DNA from: Octopus sinensis
Taxonomy: Eukaryota
DNA length: 64,000 bases
NCBI RefSeq assembly: GCF_006345805.1
Contig: NC_043009.1
Span: 27,342,001-27,406,000 of the forward strand
Direction of reading: 5' to 3'
Within the stretch, counting starts at the first letter, position 1, and every line of letters begins with the position of its first letter. Made by a program: the position numbers and the translations under genes. Below are positions 1-11,865 of the stretch, piece by piece. A model generated the notes under the pieces. It saw only the letters and a list, made by a program, of their open reading frames with translations. It ran no database searches and was not told the origin of the DNA.

Positions 1-2
1 AC

Positions 3-107
3 GGTGTCCTTTCAGTTATGTCCGGCATGCTGTTGCTCTTACTGCCAGAACCAAAGAATAAAGACTTGCCGCAAACATTTGAAGATCTGGACAACTGGAA
101 GACCTGA
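3..107 (+). CDS. SLC22: 3' end of terminal exon of an upstream SLC22-family transporter paralog ([34 protein letters not shown])
   Basis: Manual translation from nt 3 to TGA at 105-107. It aligns without gaps to the C-terminus at 29818..29922 ([34 protein letters not shown]) and carries the TM12/PET(K) motif region of SLC22. Confidence 0.92.
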   Translation, partial: GVLSVMSGMLLLLLPEPKNKDLPQTFEDLDNWKT

Positions 108-1099
108 TAATGAGATAATATACGAAGTAGTTACAGTGATAACATAATAGGGAATAGTTTGTTTGATTAAATATGCTGGAGAATTTTACTTTCAAATTTT
201 GTCCACACTGATATATTGCAACAAATAAATTTGAGAAGAAAATTCAAACAATTTTGTGTTGACTTAAAACATTTCTCCATTCAACAAATCAAATGTTGAT
301 AGAGGTTGACAAAGCACAATGTCACATTTTGCGTTCGTCAGTCGAAGTTTATATGACTAATACTAACGATAAGGTTTTTTTTTTCAAACTTAACATTAAT
401 ATTGTGTATCTTATCAAACTAATATGAGTGAATCTGTTGGTAGAATTCGGACCATGAAAACCGAAAATATATATATAATATTATGATTCCTTCCTATGTT
501 TTATCATCTCTTGCAAGTAGCCATCTTTATATGGTTCTTCTATTAATAACTATATCTTTGATTTATACACACACACGCACACACACATATATATATATAT
601 ATATATGGGATGAATTAGAGAAATGGTTTGAACATCATTCTTATTTCAAATCACTGCAGTTGTTTCCACACATCGTTAGGCCTGTAGTACATTGGTGAGA
701 TCATATAATTAAAATCTTGTGTAATCTCTATCATCAGTGAAAGGTGTAAAATTTGCATCTTCGAGAGATTATTTTTGCATAAATCCTTTGTTAGGCCGTT
801 CTGACGTTTTTTAACTCTTATGAGAACGAATATCCAAAGCAGTGTGCTATTTTCAGCAATTTGCAAGCAAAAATAATCCCATAGATATAGTGACAGACAA
901 AATACACGTTTAATCAAAATACAAAATACAGAAATAAAGAAACAGACACAGAAGCCATCTACCTCAAGTGAATTGTAAACTACAATTCTATATTTTTGGT
1001 GAGATTATAAGGAAGAAAAATAAAAGTAGAATGAAGAATAAAATTAGAGAAAATAATGTGATAAATAGTGACCGTTTCTGAGCTTATCAACTATTTACT

Positions 1100-1345
1100 A
1101 GAAAGTGAATCGAAAAGGAGTGATGTTTCATCAGGACAATGCGCGACCCCACTCTGCAAAGATCACATCACAGAAGATCGAAGAGCTTGGTTGGGAAAAA
1201 TTCCTCATCCACCTTATTCTCTCAACCTTGCTCCTTCAGACTACCATTTGTTTTGTAGTTTACAGAATCATTTGGGGGACATAACATTCGCAAGCCAGCG
1301 GGAGGAGGAAACTGACATTTCAGAGTTCTTCGCTTTGAAGCCATG
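1100..1345 (+). mobile_element. mariner transposase relic (catalytic-domain fragment)
   Basis: KIPHPPYSLNLAPSDYHLFCSLQNHL matches the mariner HPPYSPDLAPSDYHLF motif. Confidence 0.85.
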
Positions 1346-1627
1346 TGTGTGTGTGTGTGTACAACAGATTTCTACCAAATCTACTGAGAAGGCTCTGATC
1401 AATTTAGCTTCATTTCTTGCTTTGTGTGTGACGTGGTGCCCTTATTATTTCATGGGTTTATTAGTATTTGTTATAATAAAGCTAATGAAGTGATATTCAT
1501 GTCATAATAAAGCTCTTAAATGGGTATTTATAGCTTTACTCATCATCATGAAACATCATGTGGTGTCATAAATTCCCGAAAAGACAAAAATACACGCCCA
1601 TACAGACATTCACAGGCACAGATATAT

Positions 1628-1850
1628 ATTTCTTTACTGCCCACAAGAGGCTAAACATAGAGGGGACAAACAAGGACAGACAAAGGGATTAAGTCGATTA
1701 CATCGACCTCAGTGCGAAACTGGTACTTTATTTATCGACCCCGAAAGGATGAAAGGCAAAGTCGACCGCGGCGGAATTTGAACTCAGAACGTAACGACAG
1801 ACGAAATGCCGCTAAGCATTTAGCCCGACGCGTTAACGTTCCTGCCAGCT
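1628..1850 (-). mobile_element. tRNA-derived SINE family A copy
   Basis: Shared core (GCTGGCAG…GTTCTGAGTTCAAATTCCGCCG…GTCGACTTTGCCTTTCATCCTTTCGGGGTCGAT) recurring more than 10 times in the window; B-box GAGTTCAAATTCC. Confidence 0.85.
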
Positions 1851-2207
1851 TTTCACAAGCACAGATATAGACATGCGTATAATCACGGACAGGTATACAT
1901 ATAAAGCTTGCATATGCACAAATATAAATATAACAGACTCGTGAAGTCGCGTGCATATATTGCAGAATTCATTCGAAATCTGAAACCCCTGTCACCGAGG
2001 CAGCTAGCGTATATTTAATAATCATACTAAATCTAGAAGACAGGTAGAAGCAGGGAAACGAATTACAAACCCAGTCTGATAGATGAATAGAGAACGTGCA
2101 GGTAGTTGGTTTTTACTCAGGAACTGAACAGGTAAGTAAATATTTATTTGTATGGAACTCCGTCTTAATTTGAATGAGGAAAAATATTACTAAACATGCA
2201 TGAGAAA

Positions 2208-2598
2208 AATTTTGAGAAAAATTTTGTCAAATTCACCTTTATTTATATGCATCTAAATTTTGAGAAAAATTTTGTCAAATTCACCTTTATTTATATGCAT
2301 CTAAATTTTGAGAAAAATTTTGTCAAATTCACCTTTATTTATATGCATCTAAATTTTGAGAAAAATTTTGTCAAATTCACCTTTATTTATATGCATCTAA
2401 ATTTTGAGAAAAATTTTGTCAAATTCACCTTTATTTATATGCATCTAAATTTTGAGAAAAATTTTGTCAAATTCACCTTTATTTATATGCATCTAAATTT
2501 TGAGAAAAATTTTGTCAAATTCACCTTTATTTATATGCATCTAAATTTTGAGAAAAATTTTGTCAAATTCACCTTTATTTATATGCATCTAAATTTTG
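2208..2598. repeat. 48-bp minisatellite, 8 identical copies
   Basis: Unit AATTTTGAGAAAAATTTTGTCAAATTCACCTTTATTTATATGCATCTA. It produces the spurious (NFEKNFVKFTFIYMHL)8 ORF. Confidence 0.97.
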
Positions 2599-2615
2599 TT
2601 TCAACTTCTTCGTAA

Positions 2616-2742
2616 GCCTAGTACTTATTCTATCGGTCTCTGTTGCCGAACCGCTAAGTGACGGGGACGTAAACACACCAGCATCAGTTGTCAAGCAATG
2701 CTAGGGGGACAAATACAGACACACAAACATATACACACATAC

Positions 2743-2819
<77 letters not shown>

Positions 2820-2982
2820 CGACAGGCTTCTTTCAGTTTCCGTCTACCAAATCCACTCACAAGGCATTGGTCGGCCCGAGGCTATAGCAGAAGACACTTG
2901 CCCAAGATGCCACGCAGTGGGACTGAACCCGGAACCATGTGGTTGGTAAGGAAGCTACTTACCACACAGCCACTCATGCCCC
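2616..2982 (-). mobile_element. tRNA-derived SINE family B copy with internal (AT)n
   Basis: Near-identical to 12958..13370; B-box-like GGTTCAGTCCC. Confidence 0.85.
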
Positions 2983-3058
2983 TATATATATAAATTTGTT
3001 ACATATAAAAACGTACACAAACAGAAACACACACATACACACTCGCGCACAAACGCAT

Positions 3059-3200
3059 ATCCGTGGGAGCGCTAAAAAGTTCCTGGTTTTGGGTAAAAGA
3101 AAATACAGGTGAATCGGTTAATTATGGTTTTATTCAACATATTTCAACATATTTCCCTCTCAGATTCACACGCGTTTTGCAGCGACTCTTCGGCTTTTCT
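3059..3200 (-). mobile_element. mariner 3' end/TIR fragment
   Basis: TA-flanked TIR-like GTGGGAGCGCTAAAAAGTTCC; the reverse strand resembles a transposase C-terminus (…LRGEYVE-like). Confidence 0.55.
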
Positions 3201-3204
3201 ACTT

Positions 3205-3461
3205 GTTCAGTCATTGTGACTGTGACCATGCTGGAGCCCCGCCTTTAGTCGAACAATCGACCCCAGGGCTTATTCTTCGTAAACATAGTACTTATTCTAT
3301 CGGTTATTTAGCCGAACCATAAGTTTAAGGGAACGTAAACATACCAACATCGATTGTCAAGCGATGGTGGGGAGACGAACACACACAAATACATGTATAC
3401 ATACATACATACATACATACACACATACATACACACATACATACATACATACATACATACA

Positions 3462-3497
<36 letters not shown>

Positions 3498-3626
3498 TAT
3501 GTATATACACGACGGGCTCCTTTCAGTTTCCGTGTACCAAATCCACTTACAAGGCTTTGGTCGACCCTAGGCTAAAGTAGAACACACCTGCCCAAGGTGT
3601 CACGCAGTGGGACCACTCCTGCGCCT
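3205..3626 (-). mobile_element. SINE family B copy with internal (CATA)n
   Basis: Same head and tail blocks as 12958..13370. Confidence 0.8.
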
Positions 3627-3632
3627 ATGTAC

Positions 3633-3720
<88 letters not shown>

Positions 3721-3722
3721 AG

Positions 3723-3763
<41 letters not shown>

Positions 3764-3844
3764 TATATATATATATTCTTTTAGTCTTTTATTCTCTTAC
3801 TGGTTTCAGTCAGAGGCTGGGGCCATGCTGGAGCACCGTCCTTC

Positions 3845-4073
3845 AGTGTTTTAGGGACTCCTTTTGGTGTTGCTTTTTTTTTATTTTGAAGAGGCGAGTT
3901 GGATGCAACTGCGCTTCTTTGTGCCACCTTCCGTGATGTGGACTCATCTGGGATTTCAGATAGGAATTCCTCCGGGTGCTTTATGAAAGTTTTCACATCT
4001 ACAAATTGCAGATCTCATAGATTCCTTGTCAGGATGTTAAACAGTTGTGGTCCTCTGAGACCCAAGCTGTGGC
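3845..4073 (-). mobile_element. 3' fragment of a LINE ORF2 (CR1/L2-like)
   Basis: Minus-strand GPQLFNILTRNL*DLQFVDVKTFIKHPEEFLSEIPDE…ASNSPL followed by an A-run resembles a LINE ORF2 C-terminus. Confidence 0.5.
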
Positions 4074-4807
4074 AATCCGATGAATGGGGTAGGTGCGGAT
4101 ACAATACCATGTTGTTTATGGCGAAAAACTTACGTGTGAGGAGAATTCGGTGAAGAATCCACTACTTCGCGCTTCGGAGATTACGGTGATGAGGCAATGA
4201 GTCGTAGGCAGTGTTTCGAGTGGCACAGGCACTTCAAAAGCGGGAGAACGTCCTTGGAAGATGATGAGCGATCTGGAAGGCCTGCCTTGAACGTCACTCC
4301 CGGAAATGTAGAAGTGTGCATCGAGAATTCTTCCCCCAGGGTCCAGGTCGTTAATCGAGAGTTCTACTTCGACGTTTTGAAACGTTTGAGGGAGGCCATT
4401 TAGCGAAAGTGACCGAATCTCCGGAGCGCGAAGAATTGGATTCTTCACCGAATTCTCCTCACATGTAAGTTTTTCGCCATAAACAACATGGAATTGTATC
4501 CGCACCTACCCCATTCACCGGATTTAGCACCTGCGAACTTCCATCTCTTTACCAAGATGAAAATGCATCTGAAAGATTGTCGTTTTAACACCGTTGTCGA
4601 GATCAAGAGTGAATCGCAGAAGGTCCTCGACTCACTTACGGAAAACGGCTTCTAGATCGCATTCCAAAAGTGGCAGGAACGCTGAGGCTGCTGAATTGTT
4701 GCGAAAGGTAACTATTTCGAAGAAGATGATGTTAAAACTTACGTAAATAAGTTGTTTTTTTTTTTATTAAACATAACTAGTCCTGGAACTTTTGATGCGA
4801 CCTCGTA
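4074..4807 (+). mobile_element. Internally deleted mariner with an inverted duplication and intact right end
   Basis: FEWHRHFKSGRTSLEDDERSGRP (HTH) fused to VNREFYFDVLKRLREAI; HLPHSPDLAPANFHLF; ends GGAACTTTTGATGCGACCTCG-TA. Confidence 0.85.
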
Positions 4808-5419
4808 TATTAGAATCGTTTATAGAATCTAGCTGATAATATTACACAATTAACGGTTTTAGAATTATTAAGAACTCCCCAACAGCAGTAATAGCATTAA
4901 CCCCAACAAGAGCAGAAGCAAAACGCACTTTCTCTACTTTCACTCAGCATACCAAGCATCTAGTAGTCCGTGCGAAGTATCTGGTAGTTTGTGCTTGCAG
5001 GTTCGTTAACCTTTTGTGTGTAACTGTTATGCCTGCTACTGTTCTGTTAGTGTTATGCCTGCTACTGTTCTCCCCCAGCACTCACTCCATACGAAGACAC
5101 AACGGCATTAATAACAGCTATAGTGACGGTGATGACTAAATTTGATGCATTTGTTATTAGATTTCAAATTTCTCTTTTTTCATTTTATTTTCATTTCTTC
5201 ATCAAAGAATGGGGACTATTCTAGGCTGACAAAAGTAAATGCCACTTTCTTCTTTCATAGTTCAACATTTCTCATGGCCCCAACACACAAAATTGCACCG
5301 GAAGATGGCAAGGAAGATGCACTGGAACAGCCACTCTGACTCACGGGACTTGCACTTGCGGATAGCAAGTAATAATATAAAGAATAACCATCATGAATGT
5401 AACAATTCATATAATAATC

Positions 5420-5862
5420 CTTTCTACTATAGGCACAAGGCCTGAAATTTTTGGTGGGTGAGGGGGTGGAGTGGGAGGCTAGTCGATTACATCAACCCCA
5501 GTGTTTAACTGGTATTTATTTCATCGATCTCGAAGGATGAAAAGTAAAGTCGACCTCAGCGGAATTTGAACTCAGAACGTAAAGACGGACGAAATGCCAA
5601 TAAGCATTTTGCCCAGCGTGCTAACACTTCTTATTTCTTTATTGACCACAAGGGGCTACCCACAGAGGGGACAAACAAGGGCAGACAAACGGATTAAGTC
5701 GATTATATCGACCCCAGTGCGTAACTGGTACTTATTTATTCGACCCCGAAAGGATAAAAGGCTAAGTCGAATTTGGCGGAATTTGAACTCAGAACGTAAC
5801 GGCAGACAAAATGTCAATAAGCATTTCGCCCGGTGTGCTAACGATTCTACCAACTCGCCGCC
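5420..5862 (-). mobile_element. SINE family A dimer (head + core/tail A + core/tail B)
   Basis: Two consecutive cores with different tails. Confidence 0.8.
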
Positions 5863-5879
5863 TCTTCACAGTAGTAGTA

Positions 5880-5965
5880 GTAGTAGCAGCAGTAGCAGCA
5901 GCAGCAGTAGCAGCAGCAGCAGTAGTAGTAATAGTAGTAGTAGCAGCAGCAGCAGCAGCAGCGGC

Positions 5966-6044
<79 letters not shown>

Positions 6045-6045
6045 T
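5880..6045. repeat. Compound (AGT/AGC)n(AAT)n microsatellite
   Basis: Direct reading. Confidence 0.95.
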
Positions 6046-6087
6046 GAACGGGTATAATAAATTTGGAGAATAAATGATATTTATAAT

Positions 6088-6720
6088 AAGACGCCAATAG
6101 CAGTGAACAGGGATATCGTCCAGGAGCTAAGAACGTTGAAGTTCTCAACTGTCACCGGCTTGACTATAAACCTGTCCGAGAGCGGTCGATGTTTTGACAG
6201 CTTGTTTTTCTCAGCCCAGGGTGCAACGGAGTATGGACAGGTAGCTGAAAACACCAAGTTGCCGCTGGAGAAGGCGTCACAGCATGTGGCATCCCAGCGG
6301 AGGATCCTACTACCATGGAACGGGAAAATTGTTATACCGTCCGGTATTTTACCATTCTGTCAGCTTTCTGCCAGTAATTAATTGTTATTAATGACAATAC
6401 TCCACTTCATTTTTCTGTTGCAGACCTATTAATTGACTAACGATCGTTATCGCATTTTTAATGACATTGACAATGCTTAAGTCTTCTTCTGCGATGAAAG
6501 TTCTTCTGTTAGTGGAGTGTTGCACTCGGATCTATTACAATAATTTACAATAATTAGTCACGGATGGGGATGTCTTGCGAGAAGGTTGCTTCCCAACCAC
6601 ACGACACCATAGTCAAGTGTCTGCTAATGAAGTCTCAGGTTGACCAAAGCCTTGTGACTGGATTCGGTAGACGGATACTGAAAGCAGCCCATCGTATATG
6701 TGTGCGTGGGGGGAGAGAGG

Positions 6721-6770
<50 letters not shown>

Positions 6771-7560
6771 TGGTGTGTTTATGCCCCTGTAACTTTACGG
6801 TTCAGCAAAAGGTCACCGATGCAATAAGTACCAGGCTTAAAGGAAATAATTACTGAAGTCATTTCGTTCGACTAAACTTCTTCAAGGCGGTGCCCCAGCA
6901 TGGCCGTAGTCGAATGACTGAAACAAATAAAAAATAATCCGATTTGCGTCCCATTTGAAGAAAATTCAACCGAGTATTTTTGACATCATTATACATCAGG
7001 TCGCTGAAGAAGGCGGGCTGTCAGAATCGATGGAGCGCCAGCCAAAATGTTTGGCAGCATTTCCTTCGTTTTCACATTCTGAGTTCGAAATCCGCCGAGG
7101 TCGACTTTGCCTTTCATCCTTTTGGGTTTGGTAAATTAAGTACCAGTTGCGTACTGGGGTAGGTATAATCGATCAGTCCCTTCCCCATAAATTTCAGGCC
7201 TTGTGCCTTTAGTAGAAAGGATTTAAAACAATAATTTGTTTCATTACCATCATCAAGATCATCAAGATCCCTTAAGTGGTGCAGCCAGACGTTGAGGTGT
7301 CACATTAGATGCTTTCATAGTCAGCTGTCGTCCCTGGTTTCTGTTCTGTCATGCGTACCAGGTTCGCAATGTTGTGACCTATCCAGTCCTCGATGGTGCC
7401 AAATCAGAATTTTTTCTCTACCTCTCTTTCGCCCTCCCTCAAGAATGATTTGGGGGAGGGAGTTGTGGCGGGATACACGACATAAAAAATCCTGATGTAT
7501 CCGTTGGCTCGAGCTGGGACGGGAAGCCTACGGCGTCTAGGCCATGCTTTATGAAAAAGT
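6088..7560 (-). mobile_element. RLE-endonuclease non-LTR retrotransposon relic (CRE/R2-group-like), split by a 1147-bp insertion; pieces 7560-7501 and 6353-6088
   Basis: Manual translation: IKHGLDAVGFPSQLEPTG | GKIPDGITIFPFHGSRILRWDATCCDAF…AEKNKLSKH…VKPVTVENF, the PD…D…K..K restriction-like endonuclease motif. Confidence 0.8.
6354..7500 (+). repeat. Local duplication, copy 1 (1147 bp), derived
   Basis: Matches 10240..11380 except for a 6-nt (GA)n length change and one A/C substitution noticed (6470/10356). Confidence 0.95.
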
Positions 7561-7988
7561 TTTAGCGGCAGTGATGAGTATTGTAATATTTTCTGACGTC
7601 TCCCTAATTGTAATTTGCTTTTAAAAGAAGACCCTCGGGAGAAAACGATGCTATTAAACATTCAGCGGACCATGACTTCAGAAGAGTAAATAACGACTTA
7701 CGGGAAATGAGTTAATCAGAACGCTGACACCCGTCAGAGAAGAAAACATGTGACCCAGATATTTGAAAAACAATTCATATACATTGGCTGGCAACAGACC
7801 AGAAGCTAGACTACTGTAGAAACGGATACGGGACCAGAACATCAGAACATTTGATAAACAAATGACGTACACAGGCAGTCAACCAATCGAAAAGCTTGAC
7901 CGCAGACGGACAAAATCAAGTGACTTAAGCCTATGCCTTAAAACCCTTTGTATGTGTGCGTGTGTGTGTGTGAGTGTGTATGTGTGTG

Positions 7989-8052
<64 letters not shown>

Positions 8053-8053
8053 A

Positions 8054-8273
8054 CCCTTTAGTGTTTAAACCGGCCATATCTGGCCCAGATATTCTACATG
8101 TTTTATATTCAAACTGGCAATATCTAGCCTCTCACACCTACCCGACAATGTCATTCTAAATATAAACAATCACATCATTGAAACCCCAAAGCTATAGGAT
8201 AATGCTTGATTAATTCAAAACAATTTGAGTGGAAAAGTATTACCTTTAACAGAGTAATCTGAACACTAAAGGG
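8054..8273. mobile_element. piggyBac-type MITE (220 bp)
   Basis: 12-bp TIR CCCTTTAGTGTT…AACACTAAAGGG, left flank TTAA, right flank degenerate (ATAG). Confidence 0.7.
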
Positions 8274-9011
8274 ATAGCGATATCAGCTTGAATCGTAATT
8301 CAAGTCCCACTAGTGAAACGAACGACCCAACACTTTTCCTCCACACAACTCGACAGAAATTGTAAATTTTTTCTTATAATTTTCAAAATCCTCGTCGTAT
8401 TTATATGGTAATATAATTTATTGCTTTGAAACCTATTCAATTCTTACTCGTATATTATTCTTATGAAATTTATCGAACATTTGAACTATTATTATTTCGT
8501 ATCAATGTGAAATTTATTGAATGCCTTGATTGATTTTTGAGCATCGTGTATCGCTACGAAATTTTCTCTCGTGCATTTACTTACTTTGAAATGTTAATCT
8601 TGGTTTTTTTCCTTATTTACCATTGCAAAAAAAAAAAGGAATTGCTGAAACCGGTATGGTATTATAATAAATTAATTTGTAAATCAATTTGTAAGACGAT
8701 AATTCGTTTAAAAAATCAGGTGCATTTTCAACCCCACTAACTAATTTTCCTGTATTCCTACTTGCGTGGAAGATAGTTTCAATTTCTGTTGAGAGTGTCT
8801 TAATTTAAAAAGATACTGATAGAAATAGAGTGAGTATCTTATTTTTGCCAGAAATATAGTAGAATAAACCTTGTCTTTTGAATATGCTTATATTGTGAAA
8901 AAACTTGAATAATTTTACTCTTCTGTTGATGTTTTTCTACTTTTTTTCAAGCATTCTCCTGGGAGAAGAAGCGCAAATTTAAAGAGAGATTTCGGGAAAT
9001 TTGTTTTTAAC

Positions 9012-9066
9012 ATGGCTGAATCTATAAAACATCCAGTTAAGGCGAACAAAGAACTAGAGGATACAC
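9012..9066 (+). CDS. Candidate start-codon exon of the SLC22 gene (MAESIKHPVKANKELEDT + phase-1 nt)
   Basis: aacATGG context. Acceptor tttttttcaAG at 8950-8951 with no upstream ATG in the exon. Ends in phase 1 as exon 11495 requires, giving 553 aa in total. The donor AC|GTAAAA is weak. Confidence 0.4.
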
Positions 9067-10239
9067 GTAAAAACGTTTTTATTTTTATAGTTCAAACTGG
9101 ATTTTGATAAAAAAAAATAATAAATAATTCACATACACTTCCCAATGTCCTTCATGCATTAAACCAACAAATTCTTGGCTTTGATTTTTGCTGGCTGAGT
9201 CATATTTGTACTGCATATTATTTAACTGATTCTTTATTCATTTGAAAAAAAAAGAATAATTAGATATCTAAGAGAATATATAGTATTATAAGGGAGCCTC
9301 TCAGGGGAATCTCTGTCCACACAGCATCAAGATATGATTTAAGATATGTAAGCTATGTGGTAGATATATAAACAAGGCTAAAACACCCAGCTAGAGATAG
9401 ACATTTCTTTAATAAATCTCTGCTGTTTGTCCTGTCCTCTCAGATTCACTTTTGATAGAGACAAGTCAAGTAAAGAGTGTTATAGAATTTTAACCGTAAT
9501 AATTTTAGAAAGATATAATACTCGTAAAATATTACATTCCTACTTATGAATTAGAGACAATTATAATTAACGTATATAACCACTCATATAAATTTCTTGT
9601 CTGAAAATAGAGGTTTTTCTAGCATCGCAATGAATCTTTCACACAGTTTTTTTTTCCAGTGAATTTTCTAATGGTAAATGCCTCCAAAAATTAAAAGACG
9701 ATTATTTTAATATTCCGTTAGTCAAATTGACCTTTGCCCCTGTTATTCCATTCTTTTATTCACTCATTCGCTTGGTAAAAGGAACATTGGGGTATTTTGT
9801 TGATATAATTCCCCTAGAATAAACAGAAACAGGCCATCTACAGATATCAAGGTTGCAACCCTTCAACTTTTTTTTTTAAATTCCAGTTTAATTGCTCCTT
9901 GCGCTTTTGCACCAAGATATATTGCATCAGCTTCATTGTTAGAAAATTCGAGACCTTTTGTAGCGCAGCCTTAAATGAATAAAAATCATTCTGATATTGC
10001 AAATAAGCTATTCCATATTTATTTATTATTTTTTTTGCATCAGTGGTTAATTGTAATTAATGATTTCAAATGTTGGCACAAATCTGGCAATTTCAGGGGA
10101 GGAGATACGGCGACTACATCGGCCTCAGCTCTCATCTAGCCCTTATTTTAGCAACCCCGAACGGATGAAAAGCAAAGATGAATTCAGAAAGTAAAACAGT
10201 AAAGAAATACCGCTGTGCTTTTGCCCGGGTTCGATAACG

Positions 10240-10606
10240 ATTCTGTCAGCTTTCTGCCAGTAATTAATTGTTATTAATGACAATACTCCACTTCATTTTT
10301 CTGTTGCAGACCTATTAATTGACTAACGATCGTTATCGCATTTTTAATGACATTGCCAATGCTTAAGTCTTCTTCTGCGATGAAAGTTCTTCTGTTAGTG
10401 GAGTGTTGCACTCGGATCTATTACAATAATTTACAATAATTAGTCACGGATGGGGATGTCTTGCGAGAAGGTTGCTTCCCAACCACACGACACCATAGTC
10501 AAGTGTCTGCTAATGAAGTCTCAGGTTGACCAAAGCCTTGTGACTGGATTCGGTAGACGGATACTGAAAGCAGCCCATCGTATATGTGTGCGTGGGGGGA
10601 GAGAGG

Positions 10607-10650
<44 letters not shown>

Positions 10651-11380
10651 TGGTGTGTTTATGCCCCTGTAACTTTACGGTTCAGCAAAAGGTCACCGAT
10701 GCAATAAGTACCAGGCTTAAAGGAAATAATTACTGAAGTCATTTCGTTCGACTAAACTTCTTCAAGGCGGTGCCCCAGCATGGCCGTAGTCGAATGACTG
10801 AAACAAATAAAAAATAATCCGATTTGCGTCCCATTTGAAGAAAATTCAACCGAGTATTTTTGACATCATTATACATCAGGTCGCTGAAGAAGGCGGGCTG
10901 TCAGAATCGATGGAGCGCCAGCCAAAATGTTTGGCAGCATTTCCTTCGTTTTCACATTCTGAGTTCGAAATCCGCCGAGGTCGACTTTGCCTTTCATCCT
11001 TTTGGGTTTGGTAAATTAAGTACCAGTTGCGTACTGGGGTAGGTATAATCGATCAGTCCCTTCCCCATAAATTTCAGGCCTTGTGCCTTTAGTAGAAAGG
11101 ATTTAAAACAATAATTTGTTTCATTACCATCATCAAGATCATCAAGATCCCTTAAGTGGTGCAGCCAGACGTTGAGGTGTCACATTAGATGCTTTCATAG
11201 TCAGCTGTCGTCCCTGGTTTCTGTTCTGTCATGCGTACCAGGTTCGCAATGTTGTGACCTATCCAGTCCTCGATGGTGCCAAATCAGAATTTTTTCTCTA
11301 CCTCTCTTTCGCCCTCCCTCAAGAATGATTTGGGGGAGGGAGTTGTGGCGGGATACACGACATAAAAAATCCTGATGTAT
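10240..11380 (+). repeat. Local duplication, copy 2 (1141 bp), donor
   Basis: The left end continues into a SINE-A (10060..10262) that is cut off in copy 1. Confidence 0.95.
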
Positions 11381-11494
11381 TCGTTTCAGTTTGACTTTTA
11401 TAATCAGTATTTAATCAGAAACAACTTTTATTTTTAAATCGAGTATTACAATATATCTCACATAATTTATAATATTCATATTTCTTTTCTCCAG

Positions 11495-11865
11495 ATATAT
11501 CAGAAAAAGGTATTATACAGCTTTTAGAAAAATGTAGTGTTTTTGGACCGTATCAGCGTAGGTTGTACGCTTATATATTAGTTTCAAAGATATTTTCAAT
11601 AATAACAGCATTGAGTATGACGTTTTCTACTGGAAATGTTCCCTTCTTATGCTACCCACCAAACTTCAATGCTTCCACAATTCCTGCAAATCTTACGGAG
11701 AATGAATATTTACAAATGCTTCGACCTGACGACGATCAATGTTCTGTATATAACAATAGTTTCACTGGAACATATTATACAACACCATCAAGTAATTCAT
11801 CTAAAGTACAGTGTTCTTATGGACGGAAATTTCTGACAGAGGAGTTTTCTACAATTGTAAGCGAG
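11495..11865 (+). CDS. SLC22: SLC22 exon: TM1 and large extracellular loop ([22 protein letters not shown]...STIVSE)
   Basis: ttcttttctccAG acceptor, GAG|GTGAGT donor. Loop cysteines and N-x-S/T sites (NAS, NLT, NNS, NSS). Confidence 0.93.

Noticed and set aside
2196-2615. 139-aa repeat protein, or a CRISPR-like array
   Set aside because: A contiguous 48-bp tandem repeat with no spacers, no cas genes and a eukaryotic context.
6354-11380. LTR retrotransposon with 1.15-kb LTRs
   Set aside because: No TG…CA ends, TSD, PBS or gag-pol. The repeat is a composite of SINE pieces and begins in the middle of a SINE.
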